The notes under the pieces: model-generated | The model's database searches: none | What the model was told of the DNA's origin: nothing | What the model saw: only the letters and a program-made list of their open reading frames with translations | Position numbers and translations under genes: made by a program | Assembly (NCBI GenBank): GCA_013213905.1 | Contig: JABSSQ010000001.1 | Span: 54,980-118,979 of the forward strand | DNA: 64,000 bases | Direction: 5' to 3' | Source of the DNA: Verrucomicrobiales bacterium | GTDB taxonomy: Bacteria; Verrucomicrobiota; Verrucomicrobiia; Verrucomicrobiales; DEV007 | Shown: positions 38,165 through 48,966 of the stretch, one piece after another | Layout of the letters: every line of letters begins with the position of its first letter | Numbering within the stretch: the first letter of the stretch is position 1

Positions 38165-39730
38165 ATGAAATTCCACACTCTGGTGCCGTTAATACTTATG
38201 GTCAGTTCTTCGGTGTTTGCTCAGGCCCCTCCGGGATACAAAACTGCGATTCCTCCCGAGATCATGACTCCGGACTCCGTTGAAACCAATTACCTGGGGG
38301 AGCTGGAGTTCATTGATGGTCGGCCGACTCACGAGACTGCCAACAGAATTCACGATCACCTTGCCTACATTCGTGGGGTTGAAGTGTTTCTGAACTTGAT
38401 GCCGGCATGTTCGATTGAGGCGATGCGGATGGCCCATGTCCGTGCCGGGGTGACGGAAGCGAATCATGCCCTGCTGGCCGAGAGCTTGCTTGACTCAAAT
38501 CCGCTCTTTTTGACCGGAAACACGGACACCGTCTATTGTTCGGCGATCCTGGACCTGGAGCGTGACGGACCAACTGTGGTGGAGATCCCTGCCAACTGCG
38601 GGCCGGGCACGGTCAATGATGCTTTCTTCAGATTTGTCGTCGACATGGGAGCCCCCGGTCCGGATCGAGGCAAGGGTGGCAAGTATCTCATCTTGCCACC
38701 GGATTACAACGGCCTCGGAGTTGAGTTTCCGAGGGATAATTCAATGCAACGTGTCACAGCGCAAGGCACGACCGACGATTTCTACGTTGTCCAGTCTCCA
38801 TCCTATACCAATTGGCTGATTTTGAGAGGGTTTCTCGTTGATGGAAAAACTGATGCTGCCGTCAAGATGTTCCGCGAGGGGCTCAGGGTCTATCCATTGG
38901 AGAAGGTGTTGAGTCCCCCCGAAATGGTCTTCACCGACCTTTCGGAAATGGAGCTAAACACCATTCACGCCAACAATGATCAATTTTATGCGGAATTGAA
39001 TCATGTTATTCAGAAGGAGCCCGTCGGCTTTCTTGATCCGGAACTGCGGGGACTCGTTGCGGGGATAGGTATCGAAAAAGGCCAGGCATTTCAACCTGAC
39101 CAGCGGATGCGGGCAATCCTGAAAGACTCCGCTGCGGTTGGAAATGCGACATCGCGTTCCATTGCCTTTGATAGCCGTGATGAGCAAGCTTATCTCTACG
39201 AGGGAAGCCAATGGAAAACTGCCTTTGTCGGAGGTGACTATCGCTGGCTCCGCGATGGAGGGCTTGGTGGCCGAAATCTCGACGCCAGAACGCTGTTTTT
39301 CTATCTCGCCACCGTCAACACTCCCGCGATGGCAGCGGAAATTATCGGCGCGGGGTCTCAATATGCCTGGATCGATAGCGACAGTGCCGGAGACTATCTT
39401 GAAGGAGACAAAAACTACACACTCACTATTCCGGCTGATCCTCCGGCCAAGGATTTTTGGTCGGTGGTGGTTTACGACCCCCAGACGCGTTCCGAGCTCC
39501 AGACGGATCAGCCCTTGCCTAGCAGAAACAACAAGAGAGACGAATTCGTCGAAAATGACGATGGTTCCGTGACCCTTTTTATTGGCCCTGATGCGCCTGA
39601 AGGGAAAGAGAATAACTGGATTCAAACGGTCCCCGGTAAAGGCTGGTTTGCGATCCTCCGGTTGTATGGGCCCCTCGAACCCTGGTTCGATAAGACGTGG
39701 CGACCCGGCGAAATCGAAATCATCAAATGA
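38165..39730 (+). CDS. Exported DUF1254/DUF1214 protein
   Basis: Signal peptide; LTGNTDTVY, GKGGKYLILPP, FWSVVVYDPQTRS, NWIQT, LRLYGP. Confidence 0.88.
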   Translation: MKFHTLVPLILMVSSSVFAQAPPGYKTAIPPEIMTPDSVETNYLGELEFIDGRPTHETANRIHDHLAYIRGVEVFLNLMPACSIEAMRMAHVRAGVTEANHALLAESLLDSNPLFLTGNTDTVYCSAILDLERDGPTVVEIPANCGPGTVNDAFFRFVVDMGAPGPDRGKGGKYLILPPDYNGLGVEFPRDNSMQRVTAQGTTDDFYVVQSPSYTNWLILRGFLVDGKTDAAVKMFREGLRVYPLEKVLSPPEMVFTDLSEMELNTIHANNDQFYAELNHVIQKEPVGFLDPELRGLVAGIGIEKGQAFQPDQRMRAILKDSAAVGNATSRSIAFDSRDEQAYLYEGSQWKTAFVGGDYRWLRDGGLGGRNLDARTLFFYLATVNTPAMAAEIIGAGSQYAWIDSDSAGDYLEGDKNYTLTIPADPPAKDFWSVVVYDPQTRSELQTDQPLPSRNNKRDEFVENDDGSVTLFIGPDAPEGKENNWIQTVPGKGWFAILRLYGPLEPWFDKTWRPGEIEIIK

Positions 39731-39769
39731 TTGCCCACGAGTCGTGAGTGGCTGTGTTTGTTTCGAAAT

Positions 39770-40438
39770 TCAGGATCGAGCCGCTTCGATAAACGCCCTT
39801 ACCAAGCCCAGATCTTTCATCCCGGGCTCTGACTCCACCCCGCTGGCAACATCAACCCCTGCCGGTCGTACCTGAGCCACTGCTGCGGCGACGTTGTCAG
39901 GGACGAGGCCGCCGGCGAGAACGATTTGTCGGTTCGGCCATTGTTCGACTGCTCGGGCACCGAGCGTCCAGTCCATGGTTTCGCCGCTGCCGCCGTATTC
40001 AGTGGGGGCATAGGCATCGAGGAGAAGCGTGGAGCCGGGGTAGGCAGCGGCGCTCTCGAGCATGGTATCGTCTTTAACGCCGAGAGCGCGGAAGACGGGC
40101 AAACCCTGTTGAATGAGGGACTCAACCCTGTTGGGTGACTCGTCGCCGTGCAACTGGATCCAGTCGATCCCTCCGGAGTCGGCAATGCTTTTCAATTCGT
40201 CGTCACTGGCGTTGACCGTCACGGCAACGCGGGAGACGTTGTTGCCCAGATCCTGGAGCCAGGGGAGGGCTTCGCCGAGCGCGATGAAGCGCTTCGACTT
40301 CGGGTAAAAGTTGATGCCGAGGGCATCAGCGCCGGCATCGATGATCGCTTCGGCTTGCTCACCGGTACGGATGCCGCAAATTTTGACCGCAACACGACCC
40401 GGGTTCGTTGGGAACACGGGTCGGTTGCTCATGGTCAA
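39770..40438 (-). CDS. trpF: Phosphoribosylanthranilate isomerase
   Basis: VKICGI, GINFYPKSKR, IQLHGDE, LLLDA, GGSGETMDW, LAGGL, VDVASGVE. Confidence 0.96.
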   Translation of the reverse strand: MTMSNRPVFPTNPGRVAVKICGIRTGEQAEAIIDAGADALGINFYPKSKRFIALGEALPWLQDLGNNVSRVAVTVNASDDELKSIADSGGIDWIQLHGDESPNRVESLIQQGLPVFRALGVKDDTMLESAAAYPGSTLLLDAYAPTEYGGSGETMDWTLGARAVEQWPNRQIVLAGGLVPDNVAAAVAQVRPAGVDVASGVESEPGMKDLGLVRAFIEAARS

Positions 40439-40441
40439 AAA

Positions 40442-41521
40442 TTAGAGTTTGGCGAGGGAGTCGTCGAGTGCGGCAAGAAGGCCGGCGATGGTTTCCTCGG
40501 TCTCGTCTCCCATGTTGGACAGACGGAAGGTCTTGCCCTTGATCTTGCCATAGCCGCCGTCGAGCTGCTTCTTGTGATCGTCGCGCATGATTTTCTGTAG
40601 CTTGGCCACGTCGATGTCCTTGTTGTTCTTCACCGCAGTGAGCGATTTGGAACGAAAACCTTCAGGAGCAAAGAACTCGAAGCCGTTGGCAACAACCCAC
40701 TCGGCCACGATATTGTTGAGCTTCTCGTGGCGGGCGAAACGGTTTTCGAGGCCCTCTTCGAAGATGACGTCGAGCTGGTGGCGCAGTCCGTAGATGGTGG
40801 AAATGCAGGGAGTGCTCGGGGTCATGGACTTTTCCTGGTTCTTCTTGAACTCGTGAAAGTCGAAGTAGTAGCCGCGGTCTTCAATCGTGGCGGCGCGCTC
40901 AAAGGCGGCGTCGGACACGGTGAAGATGCCGAGACCCGGAGGCAGGGCGAGGGCCTTCTGGCTGCCGGTGAGCAGCACGTCGATGCCGAGCTTGTCGAAC
41001 TCGATCGGAACGACGGAGAAACTGGAAACCGTATCGGTCACGAGAAGGACGTCATCGTATTTGTTCACGACAGCGGCCACTTCCTCGAGCGGGTTCATCA
41101 CGCCGGTGGAGGTCTCGTTGTGAATGAAAGTTACGACGTCGAATTCGCCGGTGGCGAGCTTGGCATCCACGTCAGCGGGATCGACCGGAACACCCCACTC
41201 ATACTGAAGCGCTTCGGCCTCTTTGCCGCAGCGTAGGGCCACGTCGACCCACTTGTCCGAGAAAGCACCGGAACAACAACAGAGCACTTTCTTCGCGGCG
41301 AGGTTGCGAAGGGCGCCTTCCATGACACCCCATGCGGACGAGGTGGAAAGGAAAACGGGCTGCTTGGTGCCCATCATTTCCTGGAGGCGAGGATGGATGT
41401 CATCGTAGAGGGCTACGAAGTCCTTGGAGCGGTGCCCGATCATCGGGGTCGCCATGGCTTCGTAGGTTCCCTGGGAAATCTCCACAGGGCCCGGGATGTG
41501 CAGTCTGATGTGATCGCTCAT
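40442..41521 (-). CDS. Class V PLP aminotransferase (serine-pyruvate / alanine-glyoxylate type)
   Basis: HIPGP, IGHRS, HNETSTG, DTVSS, GSQKALALPPG. Confidence 0.9.
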   Translation of the reverse strand: MSDHIRLHIPGPVEISQGTYEAMATPMIGHRSKDFVALYDDIHPRLQEMMGTKQPVFLSTSSAWGVMEGALRNLAAKKVLCCCSGAFSDKWVDVALRCGKEAEALQYEWGVPVDPADVDAKLATGEFDVVTFIHNETSTGVMNPLEEVAAVVNKYDDVLLVTDTVSSFSVVPIEFDKLGIDVLLTGSQKALALPPGLGIFTVSDAAFERAATIEDRGYYFDFHEFKKNQEKSMTPSTPCISTIYGLRHQLDVIFEEGLENRFARHEKLNNIVAEWVVANGFEFFAPEGFRSKSLTAVKNNKDIDVAKLQKIMRDDHKKQLDGGYGKIKGKTFRLSNMGDETEETIAGLLAALDDSLAKL

Positions 41522-41584
41522 AGTTGGCGCAATAAGGACGAGCTTGGCGAAATCACAATCCGAAAATCGCCTGTGCTTCGGTTA

Positions 41585-42049
41585 TTACGACGCATTCTTT
41601 CCCGGAGATTCAGGGAGCTCGAAGGGAGGTTGATTGGCGCGGCGACGAATCCAGTTAACGGCCTTGTTGAGTGGGCCGAAGCAGACGAGGCGAATCTCGA
41701 GGCGGCGCTTGCCCGGGAAGTCCATCAGGAGTAGGCCGATCACCACGGTGAGCAGTCCTTGTCCGGGAGTCACCAACATAATGATGCCGCCGATGACGAG
41801 GATGCCTCCGATGAGATTCTTCAGGATCAGAAAGAGAATACGTAGAACCGGGTGTTCGTCGCGGATGGCCTCTGCTCCTTCGCTGTTTTCGAGAAAATAG
41901 TCGCTGGGGAGGCGGCGAATGATTACCGGCACAGCAATAGCGCTGATGATCAGGATGATCAGAGACAGGCTCCCAATCCAGGCGAAGAGAGTGTCACGCT
42001 GCTTGATCCACTCCCAGACGGTGGACCACGTTTCTGGAAACCACTCCAT
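41585..42049 (-). CDS. PGPGW-family membrane protein
   Basis: GIIMLVTPGQGLLTVVIGLLL motif and two TM helices. Confidence 0.7.
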   Translation of the reverse strand: MEWFPETWSTVWEWIKQRDTLFAWIGSLSLIILIISAIAVPVIIRRLPSDYFLENSEGAEAIRDEHPVLRILFLILKNLIGGILVIGGIIMLVTPGQGLLTVVIGLLLMDFPGKRRLEIRLVCFGPLNKAVNWIRRRANQPPFELPESPGKNAS

Positions 42050-42079
42050 TAGCTACGGTGGGGCGCAGCGGCGAGAGGA

Positions 42080-42649
42080 TCAATCGAAATCCCGTGAGCG
42101 TGGCTCGCGGTGCGTGGTGCTTTCGCTGGTCGGGGAGGTCACGAAAGGACCGCCGGCAAGCGGGGCCTTTTCGGTGAAGGCGACCTCGGGCAGTTCGGTC
42201 GGGCGACCGGCGAGGGGGAAGTCTTTGCGCAGCGGGTGATAGGGGTAACCCTCCCACATGAGAATGCGACGGTGATCGGCGAGCCCGTTGAACTCGATTC
42301 CCATCATGTCGTAGACTTCGCGCTCGTGCCAGACGGCCGTCTTCCAGATATTGGTGACGGAGTCGACTTTCTCGTCTTCGGCGACCTTGAACTTGATGCG
42401 GAGATGGTGGTTGGCTCCGTTGCCGAGGGCGTAGAGTTCATAGACCATTTCGAAGCGGGGTTCTTCGCCGAGGAAGTCGATGCTGCTGATGTCGACGAGG
42501 TAGTCGAAACCGAGGTCATCGCAGCAGTATTTGAGAATGTCGTGGGCCTGGGCCTTTTCAACGATCACGGTGTCTTCGCCGCGAAACTCGATTACGTCGA
42601 GGATGGCTTCGCCGAATTTGTCCCTAATGGAGGAAAGCGTGGTGCTCAT
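42080..42649 (-). CDS. nuoC: NADH-quinone oxidoreductase subunit C
   Basis: RFEMVY, WHEREVYDMMGI, RRILM, HPLRKDFP. Confidence 0.95.
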   Translation of the reverse strand: MSTTLSSIRDKFGEAILDVIEFRGEDTVIVEKAQAHDILKYCCDDLGFDYLVDISSIDFLGEEPRFEMVYELYALGNGANHHLRIKFKVAEDEKVDSVTNIWKTAVWHEREVYDMMGIEFNGLADHRRILMWEGYPYHPLRKDFPLAGRPTELPEVAFTEKAPLAGGPFVTSPTSESTTHREPRSRDFD

Positions 42650-42670
42650 GCTTCGTTTCGATGGCGTGGA

Positions 42671-43216
42671 TTACGCGTCAGCAGCTTCGAGGGTGCGGGC
42701 GCTGTCGGCCTGGAAGTGGGCCTTGGCGGACTCTTCTTCGGTCACTTTCTGTTGCAGCTTCATGAGGCCTTCGAGAAGAGCCTCGGGGCGCGGAGGACAG
42801 CCGGAAACGTAAACGTCGACCGGAATGAGATTGTCGATGCCCTGGAGGGTCGCGTAGCTGCGATACATGCCGCCAGAGGAGGCGCAGGCGCCCATCGCGA
42901 TGCACCACTTGGGTTCGGGCATCTGGTCCCAGATCCGCTTCACGGCGAGGGCCATTTTGTAGGTGACCGTGCCGGCCACGATCATGACGTCGGCCTGGCG
43001 GGGCGAAAATCGCATCACCTCAGCGCCAAAGCGCGCGATATCGAAACGGGAGGCACCGGATGCCATCAGCTCAATCCCGCAGCAGGCCAGTCCCATGGGC
43101 ATGGGCCAGAGCGAGTTGGAGCGCATCCAGTTGATGGCGGCGTCCGCCTTGGTGAAAATGACATTGCCTTCGATTTTGGAGTCGTAGGCGGCGTGCTGCG
43201 TGGTTTCTTCAGACAT
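42671..43216 (-). CDS. nuoB: NADH-quinone oxidoreductase subunit B
   Basis: [39 protein letters not shown]. Confidence 0.97.
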   Translation of the reverse strand: MSEETTQHAAYDSKIEGNVIFTKADAAINWMRSNSLWPMPMGLACCGIELMASGASRFDIARFGAEVMRFSPRQADVMIVAGTVTYKMALAVKRIWDQMPEPKWCIAMGACASSGGMYRSYATLQGIDNLIPVDVYVSGCPPRPEALLEGLMKLQQKVTEEESAKAHFQADSARTLEAADA

Positions 43217-43273
43217 CGTAAAAAGGCCGGAATTCAGGAGAGGTTACGTCCCCCAGAGCGCCGGGCAAACACT

Positions 43274-43291
43274 TTGTGAAAAATTTCACAA
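43274..43291. promoter_or_regulatory. Perfect palindrome TTGTGAAA-AA-TTTCACAA (Rex-box consensus; also contains TGTGA-N6-TCACA)
   Basis: 57 bp upstream of the nuoB start in the divergent nuoB / peptidase spacer. Confidence 0.7.
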
Positions 43292-43382
43292 GCTCAGCTT
43301 TCGGGGCAAAAAGGGTTTCTGAGCCCAAGTATGTCGAGGACGGGGCTTGCCAGAGGGAACGGGGCGAGTTTAGCTTCTGGCC

Positions 43383-44924
43383 ATGAAAATCCCTGCCCGC
43401 GTCCTCCTTCTCCTGATCCTGTTTGTCGTGCCCGTCATGGCAGACGATGAAAAGCCGGCCAAAGGGGAGAAAAAGGTAGCTGAAGAGGGCAACAAGGACG
43501 GCCCAAGTGAGAAGGCTGATGCCGAAGAAGAAACCTCCGAAACCAAGCACACCGGCACTTTTGGAGGGGAAGAGCTCTCCTACACCGTCACGGCGGGGAC
43601 CATGACGGTATCTAAGAAAGAAAAGGATCCGGCGGCCTCGATGTTCTACGTGGCCTATGTGAAGGATGGGGTAAAGGACCCGGCCGACCGCCCGATCGCG
43701 TATTGCTTCAACGGCGGGCCCGGTTCCTCGGCGGTGTGGCTTCACCTGGGTGGATTTGGTCCGAAGCGGGTGCAAATGACCGAAGACGGCATGATGCCGA
43801 AGCCGCCCTTCCGACTGGCTGACAATCCACATTCCATCTTGAAAGTTGCGGACCTGGTTTTCATCGACCCAGTCAGCACCGGATTCAGCCGTTCTCAGGA
43901 TAAAGACAAGGTGAACGAGTTCCACGGTTTTCGGGGTGACCTCGATTCCATGGCCGAATTCATTCGCCTTTACACCACTCGAAATGAGCGTTGGCTTTCG
44001 CCCAAATTCCTGGCAGGAGAGAGCTACGGTGCTTTCCGGGCAGCCGGTCTAGCCCATACCTTGCACAAGGATTTTGGTTTTTACCTGAACGGGGTCGTCC
44101 TCGTGTCCGGTGTGCTGAGCTTCGATACGATGTGGGGAACAGACCTTTCCTACATCACCTTTCTCGAGGCCATGAGCGAAGTCGCTGCTTACCACAAGAA
44201 GCTCGATCAGAAACTGCTTCAGGACCCCGGGGCACGTCGCGAGGAGGTCGAGGCCTTCGCTAAGGGCGACTACGCGGCCGCTCTCCTGCAGGGCAGACGC
44301 CTAAGCGAAGTGGATCGCGAAGCGATTGCGACCCAGATCTCGCGCTACATCGGGCTCGATGTGGAAACCGTGAAGAGCTTCAACCTGCGCGTGCCACCCA
44401 GCTACTTTCGCGAGGAGCTGCTCAAAGAAGAGGGAGTCATGCTGGGCCGATTCGACGCACGAGTCACCGGCAAGGACGGGGATCTCGCTTCGGACTATCC
44501 GGGCTTTGATCCAAGCTACTCAGTGGTTTACGGGCCTTACTCTGCCACCTTGAATGACTACATTCGCCGTGAGTTGAAATACGAGAGCGACCTGATCTAC
44601 GAGATCCTGAGTCGCCGCGTTCACCCCTGGAATTACAAAGACGAGTTCGTTGGCGAAACTATCACGGTGACGCCGAAGCTGGCTGCGGCGATGTCCGAAA
44701 ATCCTGAACTGAAGGTTATGGTGAATGTCGGCTACCAGGATCTCGCGACTCCTTACTCAGCGATCCGTCACAGTATCGATCACCTCGATATGGATCCCTC
44801 ATTTCTCGATAACATCGAATACACTTTCTATGAAGGTGGGCACATGATGTACACGATCGAGAAGTCGAACGAGGAGTGGAATAAGGACGTTGCCGAGTTC
44901 ATTGAGAGGAACTCGGGGGATTAG
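43383..44924 (+). CDS. Secreted serine carboxypeptidase, family S10
   Basis: FNGGPGSS, FIDPVSTGFS, GESYG, GYQDLATP, YEGGHMMY. Confidence 0.92.
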   Translation: MKIPARVLLLLILFVVPVMADDEKPAKGEKKVAEEGNKDGPSEKADAEEETSETKHTGTFGGEELSYTVTAGTMTVSKKEKDPAASMFYVAYVKDGVKDPADRPIAYCFNGGPGSSAVWLHLGGFGPKRVQMTEDGMMPKPPFRLADNPHSILKVADLVFIDPVSTGFSRSQDKDKVNEFHGFRGDLDSMAEFIRLYTTRNERWLSPKFLAGESYGAFRAAGLAHTLHKDFGFYLNGVVLVSGVLSFDTMWGTDLSYITFLEAMSEVAAYHKKLDQKLLQDPGARREEVEAFAKGDYAAALLQGRRLSEVDREAIATQISRYIGLDVETVKSFNLRVPPSYFREELLKEEGVMLGRFDARVTGKDGDLASDYPGFDPSYSVVYGPYSATLNDYIRRELKYESDLIYEILSRRVHPWNYKDEFVGETITVTPKLAAAMSENPELKVMVNVGYQDLATPYSAIRHSIDHLDMDPSFLDNIEYTFYEGGHMMYTIEKSNEEWNKDVAEFIERNSGD

Positions 44925-45010
44925 TGATTGGTTGGCAGTGAATAGTGACTCGTGTTATGTCAGGCATCTGAGCCGCCACTAAAAACTTATTACCAATAAC
45001 TACTCACTGA
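44922..45010. repeat. 7-nt-periodic imperfect inverted repeat (NAGTGAN / NTCACTN arms) at a convergent junction
   Basis: Left arm TAGTGAT TGGTTGG CAGTGAA TAGTGAC; right arm CCACTAA AAACTTA TTACCAA TAACTAC TCACTGA. Confidence 0.55.
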
Positions 45011-45019
45011 GAATCTCGT

Positions 45020-46252
<1,233 letters not shown>

Positions 46253-46293
46253 GGTCTGAAAAAGTAGTTAGTCTGCGGATATAGAGGTTGAAG

Positions 46294-46863
46294 ATGGACG
46301 CGGGGCAACGGTTTTTTCTCACAAGAGCGGTTTTTCTGGCAGTAGCCTGGTTGGCTGTTTTTGCTGTCGAACGTGCCCGCGGCGCCGGAAAAGAGATCAT
46401 TTTCGCTGGAGAAAAAATCGCGATGACCCTGCCGCTGGGGTGGTATGAATCCGAGCTCAATGCCGACGATGTGGAGGCAGGCTTTGCGACGAAGGACAGT
46501 CGTTCGTCGATCTTCTTCCGCTCTTTCGACGGGGGGAACGGATCGATGCAGGACCTGATGGATCTGACGATCGCGAACTTCGATGCGGACGAGCGCTTTT
46601 ATCTGAAAAAGGTTGATGACTACAAAACGGGCCAGGTAGGAGGCATCAAGGACGGGCAGGAAAAGAAGTGGCCGGCAATTTACTCCCAGGCGGAAGGGGT
46701 CGTGAGAAAGGATGACTTCGAATACGAAATGCGGTTCTACCTCCTGGTCTTCGATGTGGGGGATCGAGTCTATTTTGTCCAGGCGAGCACCACGCTTCCC
46801 GTTCAGACGGGGCGGGAGAACGAGATCATGGAAATGATTCGCTCTATCATTGCCAAGCCGTGA
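46294..46863 (+). CDS. Hypothetical exported protein (possible PsbP/DcrB-like fold)
   Basis: Signal-peptide-like N-terminus and LPLGW motif; the fold guess is by eye. Confidence 0.55.
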   Translation: MDAGQRFFLTRAVFLAVAWLAVFAVERARGAGKEIIFAGEKIAMTLPLGWYESELNADDVEAGFATKDSRSSIFFRSFDGGNGSMQDLMDLTIANFDADERFYLKKVDDYKTGQVGGIKDGQEKKWPAIYSQAEGVVRKDDFEYEMRFYLLVFDVGDRVYFVQASTTLPVQTGRENEIMEMIRSIIAKP

Positions 46864-46884
46864 TTCTCTGACAGACTGTCTCCG

Positions 46885-47121
46885 ATGTCAGAGCGACCTC
46901 CCATCAGGGCCGTTGGCCGGATCACTAAAGTTCATAAAGAAGAGCACCTCTTCGAAGTGACCATGTCCAGCGGCTACACCGCTTATGCAATCCTCGAGCG
47001 CAAGGGGCCGCGCCCGCCGAAAGAAGTGGCCCCTGCGGAATGTGAGGTAGTGACAGAGTACTCTCCCTTTGATATGTCACGCTGCAAGATTGTGGAGTGG
47101 ATGACTCCCGTGGCAGACTGA
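46885..47121 (+). CDS. Divergent translation initiation factor IF-1-like (S1/OB-fold) protein
   Basis: G-R-I...LFEVTMSSGYTAYA...VVTEYSPFDMSRCKIV aligns by eye with IF-1 (FRVELENGH...ELTPYDLSKGRIV). Confidence 0.65.
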   Translation: MSERPPIRAVGRITKVHKEEHLFEVTMSSGYTAYAILERKGPRPPKEVAPAECEVVTEYSPFDMSRCKIVEWMTPVAD

Positions 47122-47129
47122 TTGAATCG

Positions 47130-48113
47130 ATGGCTCTTCTCGAAGTTAAAGACCTGCGTACTTACTTTCACACCCGTGACGGGGTGGTGAAAGCCGTCGA
47201 CGGCGTCTCCTTCGATGTGGAGGCGGGCCAAACCGTGGGAATCGTCGGTGAGTCCGGATCCGGGAAATCAGTGACCTGCTACTCATTGCTGAACCTGATT
47301 CCCCAGCCTCCCGGTCGTATTGAAAGTGGCACGGCCAGGTTCGGAGACCTGGATCTTCTTTCCCTGGATGAAGCTGAGATGCGAAAGGTTCGCGGCAAAC
47401 GAGTCGGCCTGATTTTCCAGGACCCGATGACGTCGCTGAATCCCTATCTGAAGATTTCGACTCAGTTGATCGAACCGCTGCAAATCCACGAGGAACTTTC
47501 AAAAGCTGAAGCGCTGGAGCGGGCCATCGCTGAGTTGGATGCGGTGGGGATTCCTGATCCTCACCAGCGCATTCACAGTTACCCCCACGAGTTCTCCGGC
47601 GGCATGCGTCAGCGCGTCATGATCGCAATGGCCCTGATCACACGTCCGGAGATCCTGATTGCGGACGAGCCGACCACGGCACTCGACGTGACGATCCAGC
47701 GTCAGGTGCTGGAATTGATCAAGCAGCGGCAGGAGGAACTGGGCACAGCGGTCATCTTTATTACCCATGATCTTGCGGTCGTTTCGGAAGTCTGTGACTA
47801 CGTCAACGTGATGTATGCGGGGCGCTTCGTGGAACGTTCGAATGTCCGGACGATTTTTTCCGCACCGAAGCACCCCTACACGCGCGCCCTGCAAAAATCG
47901 ATTCCGGCGATGCAAGCCAAGGGCGAGCGTCTATACACGATTCCGGGTCTCCCGCCCAACCTCGCCGAGGATATCCCCGGATGTGCTTTCGCGCCCCGTT
48001 GCGAAGTGGCCAAGAAATCTCCCGGCCATGGCCAGACCCGGCCGGAGCTTGTTGAAATCGAGGCGGGACACTGGGTCCAGGACTGTTCCGGCTGCCTCGA
48101 TGTGGAATTTTAA
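47130..48113 (+). CDS. oppD: Oligopeptide/dipeptide ABC ATP-binding protein (OppD/DppD type)
   Basis: GESGSGKS, FQDPMTSLNP, YPHEFSGGMRQR, ADEPTTALD, HPYTRAL, C-terminal oligo_HPY domain. Confidence 0.9.
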   Translation: MALLEVKDLRTYFHTRDGVVKAVDGVSFDVEAGQTVGIVGESGSGKSVTCYSLLNLIPQPPGRIESGTARFGDLDLLSLDEAEMRKVRGKRVGLIFQDPMTSLNPYLKISTQLIEPLQIHEELSKAEALERAIAELDAVGIPDPHQRIHSYPHEFSGGMRQRVMIAMALITRPEILIADEPTTALDVTIQRQVLELIKQRQEELGTAVIFITHDLAVVSEVCDYVNVMYAGRFVERSNVRTIFSAPKHPYTRALQKSIPAMQAKGERLYTIPGLPPNLAEDIPGCAFAPRCEVAKKSPGHGQTRPELVEIEAGHWVQDCSGCLDVEF

Positions 48114-48125
48114 CCGACGATCCAG

Positions 48126-48920
48126 GTGTCTTATCTCGAGTTACAGGAACTGACCAAGCATTTCACGAAACGTGAGGGCCTGTTCGGCGGTGGGACGACG
48201 ACAGTGAAAGCAGTCGACGGTGTCAGCCTGACTTTGAAGAAAGGGGAGATCCTTGGGCTGGTCGGCGAGAGTGGATGCGGCAAGTCGACCTTGTCGCGAC
48301 TTATCATGCAACTGCTGGACCCCACTTCCGGCAGCGTGGTTCTCGAAGGAGAGCGCCTTGCGGACCTGCCCCATCACGAGATCCGAAAGCGTCGTCGTGA
48401 CTTCCAGATGATCTTCCAGGATCCCTACGCTTCGCTGAATCCGCGCATGACAGTTTTCAGCACGCTGGCGGAAGCTATCCTGACACGTCATCCAGACCTG
48501 GCTTCGAATCGAAGCGGTTTGGAAAAAGCCGTGTCTGAATTGATGGAACGTGTCGGTCTCGATTCCCGGTATGTGAGAAAATATCCTCACGAATTTTCCG
48601 GTGGTCAGCGCCAGCGCATTGCCATCGCTCGCGCGCTCGGGCCTGAGCCGAAGCTGGTCCTCGCGGATGAGCCGGTGTCGGCACTGGATGTTTCGATCCA
48701 GTCGCAGATTCTTAATCTTCTCAAGGACCTGCGCGATGAGCTCGACCTGACTATGATCTTCATTTCTCACGATCTGTCGGTGGTCCGATACATCGCTGAT
48801 CGCATTGCCGTGATGGAGCAGGGCAAGATTGTTGAAGTGCAGGAAGCGGAGCAGCTTTTCGAGACTCCGGAATCGGAAATTACCAAGACGCTGCTCAGCG
48901 CGATTCCGCAGATACGGTAA
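48126..48920 (+). CDS. oppF: Oligopeptide/dipeptide ABC ATP-binding protein (OppF/DppF type)
   Basis: GESGCGKST, FQDPYASLNPR, YPHEFSGGQRQR, ADEPVSALD; GTG start. Confidence 0.9.
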   Translation: MSYLELQELTKHFTKREGLFGGGTTTVKAVDGVSLTLKKGEILGLVGESGCGKSTLSRLIMQLLDPTSGSVVLEGERLADLPHHEIRKRRRDFQMIFQDPYASLNPRMTVFSTLAEAILTRHPDLASNRSGLEKAVSELMERVGLDSRYVRKYPHEFSGGQRQRIAIARALGPEPKLVLADEPVSALDVSIQSQILNLLKDLRDELDLTMIFISHDLSVVRYIADRIAVMEQGKIVEVQEAEQLFETPESEITKTLLSAIPQIR

Positions 48921-48966
48921 CTCTTGCAGCTTGGCCGCAGGGTCGGGGAGTGGCTAACCTCCGGCC

